A DNA stretch of 64,000 nucleotides from a virus. The stretch spans positions 33,935-97,934 of the IMG/VR virus record IMGVR_UViG_3300034389_000010. One strand, given 5' to 3'. This document shows positions 19,302-27,339 of the stretch, in pieces. The position numbers and the translations under genes are program-made. The notes under the pieces were generated by a model, which saw nothing but the letters and a program-made list of their open reading frames with translations, was not told the origin of the DNA and ran no database searches. Position 1 is the stretch's first letter; every line of letters starts with the position of its first letter.

Positions 19302-19841
19302 ATGGGTAGTCGAGACCGAGGCAACAGCCTCAAGTATTCTGTTTGGAAGAGCACGGCGCGCAGCCTCGGCGAGGATGCGGCCCGAGCCAGGCCCGAGGTT
19401 CTAAAGCGCGGCCTGTCGCCGGAGCTGGTCCGCTTCGATACGATCGATGCCGTCGCAATAGACGCCTATGGCGAGTGGCCGAGCCCAGTCGCTGGTTACC
19501 CCTGGGAGAGCGTTCACGACTGGAAGCAAGACGACGTCAAGGGGCTGGATCTATCGCTCTGGTACGACGCCCAGCTATGCGGTATGTGCTACGCCACGCC
19601 TCGCGGCAGCAGACTGACCATCACCATCATTCTCCTGGAGCGCTCAGCGGGGCCGGGTAATCCACTCCAAGGCCTGGTGATGGCCATGATGGTGTTCACC
19701 ATCATCACCTATGCCGAGATCATTAAGTGCCTGGAGATCGAGGTAGAGAAACCAGATCCAGGGGCGGTGAAGCATTACCGCGATCAGGGTTTCGAGTTCA
19801 AAGGTACCGGCAAGCAGGCGCGGCTTGTCTTGGAGGTCTAG
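19302..19841 (+). CDS. GNAT-like acetyltransferase
   Basis: DLSLWYDAQLCG, NPLQG and P.PGAVKHYRDQGF (GNAT C-terminal Y...GF). Confidence 0.6.
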   Translation: MGSRDRGNSLKYSVWKSTARSLGEDAARARPEVLKRGLSPELVRFDTIDAVAIDAYGEWPSPVAGYPWESVHDWKQDDVKGLDLSLWYDAQLCGMCYATPRGSRLTITIILLERSAGPGNPLQGLVMAMMVFTIITYAEIIKCLEIEVEKPDPGAVKHYRDQGFEFKGTGKQARLVLEV

Positions 19842-19856
19842 CAGGGGTAGTGTGGC

Positions 19857-19875
19857 AGTATACGATTCGTATACT
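19857..19875. promoter_or_regulatory. Perfect 19-bp palindrome, putative operator
   Basis: AGTATACGA-T-TCGTATACT just upstream of the 63-aa ORF. Confidence 0.5.
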
Positions 19876-19886
19876 CCGAGACCGAA

Positions 19887-20078
19887 ATGGCGCAGCCTAA
19901 GCGCAAGCCCAAGACCAACCTGGTGACTCTGTATCGCGCAGAGGCACTTAGTCGCGTCTCGAAAACGTCCAAGGCCAAGCAGCGCATCCAGTCGCTCGAA
20001 CTGGACGAGAACTCGGATCCGGACGGCCCAATGGCTGGCCCCTCGCTCTCCGCGCGCTCACCTCGCACCCGCCGCTGA
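19887..20078 (+). CDS. Small basic protein, possible partner of the GNAT
   Basis: 63 aa, Lys/Arg-rich. Confidence 0.45.
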   Translation: MAQPKRKPKTNLVTLYRAEALSRVSKTSKAKQRIQSLELDENSDPDGPMAGPSLSARSPRTRR

Positions 20079-20123
20079 TCCCGACTCAGTCATTCTGCTG
20101 CACCCGCCTGCATTGCCCAGGCC

Positions 20124-20333
20124 TTCATGCGTCACGCCTATTCGCTACCGCCTAATACAACATGGCCCATGGGGATTACCCCACGGGCCATGCCTATTTT
20201 CCGGGCTGCAATGGCTACTGCTCAATCTGAATTAGGAATTATCCATTGGGTAATTCGTCATGCGCATGGCGGCGTGCCTATTTGCCGATGCCTAATGGGG
20301 ATTTCGGAATGCCTATTAGGCCCTGAATCGTGG
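20124..20333. repeat. Degenerate 7-bp-periodic array (about 30 units), parS-like
   Basis: ttcatgc gtcacgc ctattcg ctaccgc ctaatac aacatgg cccatgg ... in 7-nt register. Confidence 0.7.
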
Positions 20334-20969
20334 CTGTGATTCATGGAAGCCCTCTAGAATCGCGTCTCCAGCGGGCGCCAGCTCCAGCGACTCTTTGGTC
20401 TGCGCTTGCAGGGCAACGGTGAAGCCGGCCAGCTTCTGCAGCGATTCCTTGAGATCCGCCGCAGGTGGCTCCTTGGCAATCGAGACGAGCATGTGCGCCA
20501 GCGGGGCTATGGGCAAGGGGAGGGCGTGCAGATTGAGCGACTGCAGGTTGCTCAGGCTTTCCTCGGCAAGGCCGCCATCGATCAGGCTGCGCGTCATGTT
20601 GCAGGTGGTGATCTGCAGGAGGCCTACGCCCTTGGCCTTGCAGAAGTCTTTGACTTGCGTCGCCAGCCGCTGGAGTTCGGCCTGGTCGTCCTCGCTCAGC
20701 TCGGCGCAGCGGTAGCTCTTGGCTTCCGGGGCCGGCTCGCTGGCGTTCGTCAGCGGCACCTCGATGCCGAGCATAGCCGCGACCTTGGCCGCGAACTCGG
20801 GATGCGCAGGTGTCTCTCCGCGCTCGAAGCGTGCCCAGTCTTCGGGCCGGATCTTGGTGGAGTAGGGTGGATGGCCGATCTTTTCGGCGCACTCGCGTAT
20901 GGTCACGCCGAGGCGGGCGCGGGCTTCCTGGACGCGCTGGATCAGCGCGGGGGTGTCGATCGTCTGCAT
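20316..20969 (-). CDS. XRE-type HTH protein
   Basis: RVQEARARLGVTIRECAEKIG...WARFERG..P. Confidence 0.65.
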   Translation of the reverse strand: MQTIDTPALIQRVQEARARLGVTIRECAEKIGHPPYSTKIRPEDWARFERGETPAHPEFAAKVAAMLGIEVPLTNASEPAPEAKSYRCAELSEDDQAELQRLATQVKDFCKAKGVGLLQITTCNMTRSLIDGGLAEESLSNLQSLNLHALPLPIAPLAHMLVSIAKEPPAADLKESLQKLAGFTVALQAQTKESLELAPAGDAILEGFHESQPRFRA

Positions 20970-21005
20970 GGTGATGTCCTGGTGTTTCTATTTATGGGGG
21001 TGGTG

Positions 21006-21461
21006 CTATCGGGTGTAGACAGGTACCGGCTCGCCGTCTCGCTCGCGGCTGCGCCAATGGGTGCCCTGGTCCTTGGTGATGACCAGGTCGTTGCGGCCGC
21101 CGGCGGCGGCGCCTAGTTGGAAGTGTCGCAGCTCCTTGGCATTGGCATAGCCGAGCAGGGTAGGGGCGTCGGCCAGGGGTAGAGGGTAGATAGCGAAGCC
21201 CATGCCGCCGGCTGCAATCTCGCCACCAGGGTGCGCCTTTCGCCAGGCATCAAGCCGCTCATAGGCTGCATCACGCTCGGCATCCGTCGCATCGTCGCCC
21301 CACCAGCCGGGATGAGTGGCATGGTAGGCCTGCAGCTCGGCGTGCCACTTCTTGGCACGATCCTCATCCAGGAACGCCTGCAGCAGATCCGGCGTCTCGT
21401 AGTCGGTGGTGGTCATCACCAGGTAGACGCTGGCCAGCGCGGGGGAGGGTAGGGTGCTCAT
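21006..21461 (-). CDS. Hypothetical protein, W-x3-HP-x-G domain (1 copy)
   Basis: ATGA overlap; paralogous to the two neighbouring genes. Confidence 0.65.
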   Translation of the reverse strand: MSTLPSPALASVYLVMTTTDYETPDLLQAFLDEDRAKKWHAELQAYHATHPGWWGDDATDAERDAAYERLDAWRKAHPGGEIAAGGMGFAIYPLPLADAPTLLGYANAKELRHFQLGAAAGGRNDLVITKDQGTHWRSRERDGEPVPVYTR

Positions 21462-22069
21462 GCGGGCGTCCCCCAAGCCGAGACATCCAGCCACTCGATC
21501 GGCGCGACCACAAAGCCCCGGCAGCGGGCGGCATCGATGCCGCAGGGATGCTTGGCCACCCAATCCGTCAGCGCCGTGCGAGCGGCCTGCAGCTCGATTG
21601 GTCCCAAGCTCTGCCAGTCAGGCTCCTCGGGCTTCTGGTCGTGGTGCGCCTGCATGGCCGCGCAGATCCGGGCGGCCTCGGCCTGGTCCGGATGCCAGCC
21701 AACCAGCTGCAGGTGGGTGTCGAACTCGGCGGACACCACATAGACCGGTTTGCCCGGCTCGACGTCGGCGCTGCTCGCGGGTGGCGTAGTCTGCTCATTC
21801 TGCGGGAAAGGCTCGACCTTGAAGCCGTCGTAGTTGGCCGCCAGGCTCCCGCCCGGATGCTGTAATGCCCAATTCTGCAGCCTGGCCCGAGCCGTGGTAT
21901 CGCCTGGCTCGGCCGCCGGCGGCCTGGCGCGCTGATAGGCATTCAGCTCCTCGCAGTGCTCGATCGCTCGGGCTTCGGTGCCGATCAGCAGCGCGTACTT
22001 GAAGTCATCGCCGCCGTGGCCGACCACCACATAGAGCGGATCATCCGGTAACTCGCTGGCGGCGTTCAT
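21458..22069 (-). CDS. Hypothetical protein, W-x3-HP-x-G domain (2 copies)
   Basis: Internal duplication: NWALQHPGG..GF and DWVAKHPCG..GF. Confidence 0.65.
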   Translation of the reverse strand: MNAASELPDDPLYVVVGHGGDDFKYALLIGTEARAIEHCEELNAYQRARPPAAEPGDTTARARLQNWALQHPGGSLAANYDGFKVEPFPQNEQTTPPASSADVEPGKPVYVVSAEFDTHLQLVGWHPDQAEAARICAAMQAHHDQKPEEPDWQSLGPIELQAARTALTDWVAKHPCGIDAARCRGFVVAPIEWLDVSAWGTPA

Positions 22070-22416
22070 GGCAGCTTGTCCAGGGTGGCGAGCTTGGTGC
22101 TATCCAGGAACGGCCGCGACAGCGTCTCGAAGCCGGCCACGTTGTAGGATCGGTTTTCGCCTACCGGATGGAGCAGCCGCCATTTATTCAAGGCGTCCCG
22201 CCGCTTGAAGCCTTCGTCAGGGCTGTGGTCGCGCGAATTGCCCAGCTCGGGCTGCTGCTCGTGGTAGCGCTGCAGCTTGGCCACCGCCTCGTCGGCGATC
22301 TCTTCGCTGTCGGCAAACCAGAGCACGATCAGATGGCCATCCGTGTGTCGCATGCACACGGCATGGCCGTAGCGCGGCCCGTTGCCTGATCCGTTGTCTT
22401 GTGGCATCGTTTGCAT
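22066..22416 (-). CDS. Hypothetical protein, W-x3-HP-x-G domain (1 copy)
   Basis: KWRLLHPVG..GF; GAGGGG RBS. Confidence 0.6.
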   Translation of the reverse strand: MQTMPQDNGSGNGPRYGHAVCMRHTDGHLIVLWFADSEEIADEAVAKLQRYHEQQPELGNSRDHSPDEGFKRRDALNKWRLLHPVGENRSYNVAGFETLSRPFLDSTKLATLDKLP

Positions 22417-22506
22417 CCCCTCTGTTGTACCTCTTGATTCACCCATCCGCGTGACCCTCCCGAAAAACTGACCCGAAAGCCAAGCGGGACAGGTACGAAT
22501 GGGCTC

Positions 22507-22534
22507 CTTTAACATAATCGGTATTATGCGAAGT
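22507..22534 (-). other. XerC/XerD dif-like recombination site
   Basis: Minus strand reads ACTTCGCATAA-TACCGA-TTATGTTAAAG (11-6-11), matching gammaproteobacterial dif arms. Confidence 0.85.
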
Positions 22535-22606
22535 CAAGCCAAAGCCGGGCAGGGCGACCGGACGCAGATTCCACGTCAGGCCGCGCACTATGGACGGCTT
22601 CCCGGC

Positions 22607-22834
22607 CTAGCTGCTTGCCCAGTCCAGCACCGACTGTTCGTAGGGTTGGAGTGAGCCGTTAACTTCCCGGATCTCTTCGGCAGCCTGGCGGCAGTTCGCT
22701 TTCAGCTGCTCCACAGTGATGCCGTGGAGCGCCGCCACGCTGTTGGCGTTCTTGGGGCCGCCGCCGTCGCGGATTCCCAGGAACTGCATGTGATGTACTG
22801 GCGCGCCTTCAAAGGGATTTTTGCTATCGCTCAT
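22607..22834 (-). CDS. Hypothetical protein
   Basis: 75 aa with GGAG RBS. Confidence 0.55.
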   Translation of the reverse strand: MSDSKNPFEGAPVHHMQFLGIRDGGGPKNANSVAALHGITVEQLKANCRQAAEEIREVNGSLQPYEQSVLDWASS

Positions 22835-22881
22835 AGGTGAATCTCCATGCTGCCGGCAGCACCGGCGGTTTCGTTACGTTG

Positions 22882-23088
22882 CTATTCTGCCAAGTAGTCG
22901 TCGGGCAGGTACCGTAGGGATTTCAGCGCCTGACCGTGGCCATCGGTCCAGTCGATCGCCTCGGCACTGTTCGGCTTGTGCGGGCACTCTTCGCCCAGGC
23001 CATCCATCTGCGCCAGGTAGCCAGCCACCCAAGCGCGCGTGCGGTACCGGCCTGCACCGGTACGCTGGGCGTCCAGGTGGCTTGGCAT
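22882..23088 (-). CDS. Ribosome modulation factor (RMF)-like protein
   Basis: RAW.AGY.A...G...CP.......W..G...A pattern. Confidence 0.55.
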   Translation of the reverse strand: MPSHLDAQRTGAGRYRTRAWVAGYLAQMDGLGEECPHKPNSAEAIDWTDGHGQALKSLRYLPDDYLAE

Positions 23089-23354
23089 CAGTATTCGCCT
23101 CGCATCAGGCCGTCATCGTCCGGACCGTAGGCGCCATCGCCACCGTCGTACATGCCGTCCAGGGACGCCACCACCAGGCGGCCCAAGGTGCTGCGATCAT
23201 GCTCCGCGCGCAGCGAGCCGGAGCCGCTACCCCCGAACACCTCAAGGCCCAGCTTTTGCGCCTCTTTGGCGTAGCGCGAGAGTCCCCGAGCGATCCGGGC
23301 GACCTCTTTAGGGTCCACGCCCGCAGCGTGGCACTCATCCTCGTAAACGTGCAT
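23088..23354 (-). CDS. Hypothetical phage protein
   Basis: 88 aa, coupled to the RMF-like gene. Confidence 0.6.
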   Translation of the reverse strand: MHVYEDECHAAGVDPKEVARIARGLSRYAKEAQKLGLEVFGGSGSGSLRAEHDRSTLGRLVVASLDGMYDGGDGAYGPDDDGLMRGEY

Positions 23355-23391
23355 CCGTCTGTCTCCCCATGGCCGAACTTCTGGCCTAAAC

Positions 23392-23411
23392 TACTGTTTA
23401 TAGATACAGCA
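23392..23411. promoter_or_regulatory. LexA (SOS) box
   Basis: TACTGTTTATAGATACAGCA = CTGT-N8-ACAG in a divergent intergenic region. Confidence 0.8.
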
Positions 23412-23428
23412 CTTTACGGACAATTCCC

Positions 23429-23815
23429 ATGTATCTCTGTCACACGCTGATCGAACAGATCGACGGCCAGAACGACATGCTCGGCGAGGGACCCGCTGAT
23501 GAGGTCGAGCGCCTGCGCATCGCTCTGCTCAATCGCACCGCCCTGGCCGCGCACCTGTCGCGCGAGTGCGAGGATGCCCAGCTCAAGGCCAACGACCTGC
23601 TGGCCTGGGTGAAGCGCCTCATCGCCGAAAACCGCCAGTACCGCCAGGCGCTGGGCCTGGAATCGCTCGATCCGCCGCACCTGCCACCGCGCTATCCGGA
23701 TAGCGCCCTGGCCAAGGCCCTAGGCGCCACCCGGTCCCCGATCGCGTTCGATCCGAACGACGACTACCCGGTGCGCAGCACCTACCAGCTGCCGCTGCTA
23801 CCAACGGTAAAGTAG
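23429..23815 (+). CDS. SOS-box-controlled coiled-coil protein
   Basis: 128 aa, 17 bp downstream of the LexA box. Confidence 0.55.
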   Translation: MYLCHTLIEQIDGQNDMLGEGPADEVERLRIALLNRTALAAHLSRECEDAQLKANDLLAWVKRLIAENRQYRQALGLESLDPPHLPPRYPDSALAKALGATRSPIAFDPNDDYPVRSTYQLPLLPTVK

Positions 23816-23968
23816 CCGGGGCGCATGCCCTGGCCAGGCCTATACTGTCGCCGAGGCCCTGGGGCGGCGCAGGGTTGGTGCCTACTAGCAGCGGGCAGGC
23901 GATACAGCGAACCGATCTGATCAACCGGGACGCCGTGCCGCTGGAACCGCTGCACTGCCGCTTCCCTC

Positions 23969-24454
23969 CTAACTCCGGCGGCGCTGCTCGATTTTGAACG
24001 CCACCGTTCCTCGCGCCGGCTCCAAGCCCAGGATGTGTTCGATGATGTCCCTCCTGGTCGGCATGCCCATCTTGCGCCGTTCTTCCTCATCGGCCACCAG
24101 TTCCTGATTGACCGCTTCCAATGCCGCAGCGGCTTCCCCTTCGGTGTAACCGGCGAGGCCGATCGGGATCTTGTTGATGCTATTGATGGCGGCGCCGATC
24201 AAGCGACTACGCAGGTCAATGGCGCCCTTATCGCTTGCTGACGGCGCCTGGCTGTACGCCTCGGCGAGCCATTCATAGTCGATCACCAGTGTGCGGCTGC
24301 TATCGCGACCACGAATGATCCTGTAGGTCAGCTGATCCGGGACAAGCGCCTGTAGATCCCAGCGCGCGGACAGCCACTCCGGGAACATCTGCTCGACAGA
24401 CGCATAGGGTGGGAGATCCAGAGTCTGCAGATTGAAGGGGTTGTGCTTGGTCAT
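23969..24454 (-). CDS. Hypothetical protein
   Basis: ATGA-overlap start MTKHNPF. Confidence 0.55.
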   Translation of the reverse strand: MTKHNPFNLQTLDLPPYASVEQMFPEWLSARWDLQALVPDQLTYRIIRGRDSSRTLVIDYEWLAEAYSQAPSASDKGAIDLRSRLIGAAINSINKIPIGLAGYTEGEAAAALEAVNQELVADEEERRKMGMPTRRDIIEHILGLEPARGTVAFKIEQRRRS

Positions 24455-25089
24455 GGTCGGTTGTCCTGGCCACAGTGGTGGCAATCCGCGAGGTACTGCT
24501 GGGGGTAATAGATGAAGCGGCCGCAGCCGGTGCAGTTCATGCGATCGGGCTTTGGCTTGCGCGCCTTCTGCAGCTCGATGCCGGTACCGCGCAGCGCCTG
24601 GGCGAGCTGTACGTTCTGCCGGTGGACCAGGCGCCGTGCCTTGCTCTCTATATAAAGGAGGGGCCAGGCGGTGCATCCCTCGCCCAGGGCGATCTCCAGA
24701 TCCTCCTCGCTCCAGGCCTTGCGCGCGAGATCCAGCACCGGGCCGCGCTGGCCGTGGCTGGTGAGCCAGATCAGATCGTTCCCGTTCCAGTCCTTTGGTA
24801 CCTGGAGCACTACCGGGCCGCCCTGAGTGCGGAGCGGTTCCGCCTCCTGCGGCCGGACGTACTGGCAGTCAACGCCCCGGTGCGCGCGCTGCTCGATGTA
24901 GGTCGCCGGCCAGGGCACGTCCGTCTCGCGGCAGTCGTGCTGGCCCTGCGCCTGGTCCTGGGTGAAGCGCTCGGCCCGGTCGATGTTGGTGGTGTAGCCG
25001 CCGCCGAGTGCCCAAAACATGAGCCCGTCGCCGGTGTGTGATCGCGAGTCCTGCAGGAGGAACGCCTGCTCGATGCGTGGTTGCTGCAC
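24451..25089 (-). CDS. Conserved phage protein with C-terminal Zn ribbon
   Basis: LQDSRSH.GD.L.FW..GGYTT; CxxC...CxxC. Confidence 0.65.
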   Translation of the reverse strand: MQQPRIEQAFLLQDSRSHTGDGLMFWALGGGYTTNIDRAERFTQDQAQGQHDCRETDVPWPATYIEQRAHRGVDCQYVRPQEAEPLRTQGGPVVLQVPKDWNGNDLIWLTSHGQRGPVLDLARKAWSEEDLEIALGEGCTAWPLLYIESKARRLVHRQNVQLAQALRGTGIELQKARKPKPDRMNCTGCGRFIYYPQQYLADCHHCGQDNRP

Positions 25090-25133
25090 GATGATGTCCT
25101 TGGTGTGCAGCTCTATGGCCGCATCGATGAGTG

Positions 25134-25568
25134 TTACTGGGTGTGGCGCTGTTGGCCCTTATTAGGCCCACTCCACGGGGTCTCTACCAAAACGGTCATA
25201 CCGACTTTGTCATTTTCCAGGTAGCTGACGACCTGGCTGCAGCCGGCGCTTTCCGCTTGCTCGACGGTCAGGCAGTCGAAGAACTCCCCTTCCGTTGCCT
25301 TCATCCGGCGTATGGCCCGGTGGACTACTTCGGCGTCCTGAATAACGACTTCGCGACTGCGCAATAGCCCTTCAATGACAGTAATCGGGGCGTCGGGACT
25401 TACCTTTTCATCAAGGGCAAGCGTCGTGTACAGGTCCAGCATCACCGAGGTGGAAATATAGATGCTCGCCTCGCCTAACGAGCCTATTAGGCCATTTGCG
25501 TGAGCCGACTGCTGCAGGTCGTCTTGCAGTAGATAGCGCAGCAGGACATCTGTATTGAGGGCGATCAT
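25134..25568 (-). CDS. vapC: VapC/PIN-domain toxin (atypical active site)
   Basis: MIALNTDVLLRYL.QDD..Q; F.DC; downstream of an AbrB-type antitoxin. Confidence 0.75.
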   Translation of the reverse strand: MIALNTDVLLRYLLQDDLQQSAHANGLIGSLGEASIYISTSVMLDLYTTLALDEKVSPDAPITVIEGLLRSREVVIQDAEVVHRAIRRMKATEGEFFDCLTVEQAESAGCSQVVSYLENDKVGMTVLVETPWSGPNKGQQRHTQ

Positions 25569-25765
25569 TGGCTGGCTCCGCCTTTCGTTGCGACTTTGAG
25601 CAGCCCGCACAGCTCCTTGATCGAGCGCGTGGCGGGGATGAAAGAAAACTCATTGGGGCCAATCTGGACGAACTCGATGCGGTCACCGGCCTGTAGGCCA
25701 AGCCGCTCGCGGACGTCGGCCGGGATGGTGATCTGCCCTTTGCTGGTGATCGTTGCGGTACTCAT
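25565..25765 (-). CDS. vapB: AbrB/MazE-type antitoxin
   Basis: ATITSKGQITIPADVRERLGL.AGD.IEF. Confidence 0.85.
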   Translation of the reverse strand: MSTATITSKGQITIPADVRERLGLQAGDRIEFVQIGPNEFSFIPATRSIKELCGLLKVATKGGASQ

Positions 25766-25877
25766 TGAATTTCGCCTTACCTTGAAGTCAGGTTTCAATA
25801 TATCTGACAGGAACGACGTCGGATAGTCCCGGCCAGCGCCGGTTTTCTGTGCTCCGCATCACGCTCGATCGCCCTGG

Positions 25878-25989
25878 GCAATGGCCAATATTGATTGCCC
25901 CATGGGCATGGCGCCATGATCACGACCCCATCTATAATGGGCATGGCTAATTTCCTCATGCTTAATTAGCCATGCCAAATAACTAATAG
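25878..25989. repeat. Degenerate 7-bp-periodic array (16 units) overlapping the parA promoter (TATAAT 25933-25938)
   Basis: gcaatgg ccaatat tgattgc cccatgg gcatggc ... Confidence 0.7.
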
Positions 25990-26005
25990 ATCGCAAGGAA
26001 TCACC

Positions 26006-26665
26006 ATGGGCCAAATCATCATCATCGGCGGCAACAAAGGCGGCAGCGCCAAGACCGCTACCTGCATCCAGCTAGCCGTCCAGCTCGCCCACATTGGCGC
26101 TGACTTCCTGGTCGTGAACGCCGACCCGCAGAAGTCGATGGCCAACTTCGTGCGCTATCGCCAGCAGCATGGCGTGACCCCGGCCATTCCCTTGGCCGAG
26201 GCCTACGGTGACATCTCCACCCAGCTGCATACGCATGCCAAGAAGTACGACATCGTGCTGGTGGACGTTGCCGGCCGTAACAGCGCCGAGCTGGTCACCG
26301 GCCTGCTGGTGGCTGATCAGGTCATCGCGCCGCATCAATCCACCCAGGTGGATCTCGATACGCTGGAAGAGCTGGCCACCCAGGTCCGTGTGGCCCGGAT
26401 GCGCGGTAATAACCCGGATCTGCGCGCTCGCGCATACCAGACCATCACCAGCACCCATCGCCACAAGGGGCCGATCGAGCGTCAGGAGTTCCTGACCTTT
26501 GTGAAAGAGTTTCCCGAGTTGGAAGCCATGGAGTCAGCGAGTAACTACCGGTCCGTCTACCGTTCGAGCTTTGGCGAGGGCAAGGGTGTGACCGAGTGCG
26601 ACGACGAGAAAGCAGCGGCCGAAGCGGTCGCTCTGTTCAATGAGGTATTTCCCCAATGGTCATGA
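26006..26665 (+). CDS. parA: ParA partition ATPase (type Ib, no N-terminal HTH)
   Basis: Deviant Walker A KGGSAKT, ADPQ, VLVDVAG. Confidence 0.9.
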   Translation: MGQIIIIGGNKGGSAKTATCIQLAVQLAHIGADFLVVNADPQKSMANFVRYRQQHGVTPAIPLAEAYGDISTQLHTHAKKYDIVLVDVAGRNSAELVTGLLVADQVIAPHQSTQVDLDTLEELATQVRVARMRGNNPDLRARAYQTITSTHRHKGPIERQEFLTFVKEFPELEAMESASNYRSVYRSSFGEGKGVTECDDEKAAAEAVALFNEVFPQWS

Positions 26666-27021
26666 CCCCAAGCCAAAAACGCGCCCTGGCTGAAAGAGCT
26701 GAGCGCCCTGCGCCAGACCCCAAGGTCGCGCAGGAGATCGCCGAGGAGTTCGCGGGCCGTACCTACGGCGAGTCCAAGCCGCCCGTTGCCGCGCCTGAGC
26801 CCGCCCAGGCCGCGCCTGCTGCATCGCCAGGCCGTGGCCGCCCCGCTGCAGCGGTACCGCGCCGATCGATCACCCTGAGCCTTCCTGAGCCTATGGTGGA
26901 AGCGCTGGAGCTGGCAGCGTTCCAGAACAAGCGCGCCAAGACGGGCGAGAAGACGTCAAGCGGCCTGGTCGAAAAGGCGCTGGCGGAAGCGGGATGGCCG
27001 GTGGACGTGCCGCAGGAATGA
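26656..27021 (+). CDS. Type Ib centromere-binding protein (RHH-like)
   Basis: Disordered N-terminus; C-terminal RSITLSLP...L...A...SSGLVEKAL. Confidence 0.7.
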   Translation: MVMTPSQKRALAERAERPAPDPKVAQEIAEEFAGRTYGESKPPVAAPEPAQAAPAASPGRGRPAAAVPRRSITLSLPEPMVEALELAAFQNKRAKTGEKTSSGLVEKALAEAGWPVDVPQE

Positions 27022-27045
27022 AAAGGGGCGCTAAGGCGCCCCTTT
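27022..27045. terminator. Bidirectional intrinsic terminator
   Basis: AAAGGGGCGC-TAAG-GCGCCCCTTT between convergent operons. Confidence 0.7.
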
Positions 27046-27336
27046 CGCTTTGAGGTATTCGATGTACCCCTGGGGGCCACCCAGTACCTGGGACATCGTC
27101 AGCGCCTCATCAGCGGCCGCATGGGTGCGGATCCGCTGCTGCTCGATCTGCACCTGGATGGCCACGGTGTCGAAGTGGCTCCAGGTCAGCTGGCCGGCGA
27201 GGATGGAGATCGCCCCAGCCACGCCCAGGGCGAGCATGGTGAGGCGATTGCCGAGCGTGGGTGTCATGCGATACCAGCGGTAGCTGAATAGGCCCAGCAG
27301 CAGGCCGAGGGCGGTGAAGGCAAGCATGACGTTCAC
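27031..27336 (-). CDS. Small membrane protein
   Basis: Two TM segments, 101 aa. Confidence 0.55.
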   Translation of the reverse strand: MNVMLAFTALGLLLGLFSYRWYRMTPTLGNRLTMLALGVAGAISILAGQLTWSHFDTVAIQVQIEQQRIRTHAAADEALTMSQVLGGPQGYIEYLKAKGAP

Positions 27337-27339
27337 GGG

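Noticed and set aside
19032-20333. Periodic arrays as CRISPR
   Set aside because: 7-bp degenerate period with no repeat-spacer structure and no cas genes
22507-22534. dif site as a prophage att boundary
   Set aside because: Phage genes continue on both sides and the spacer is non-chromosomal
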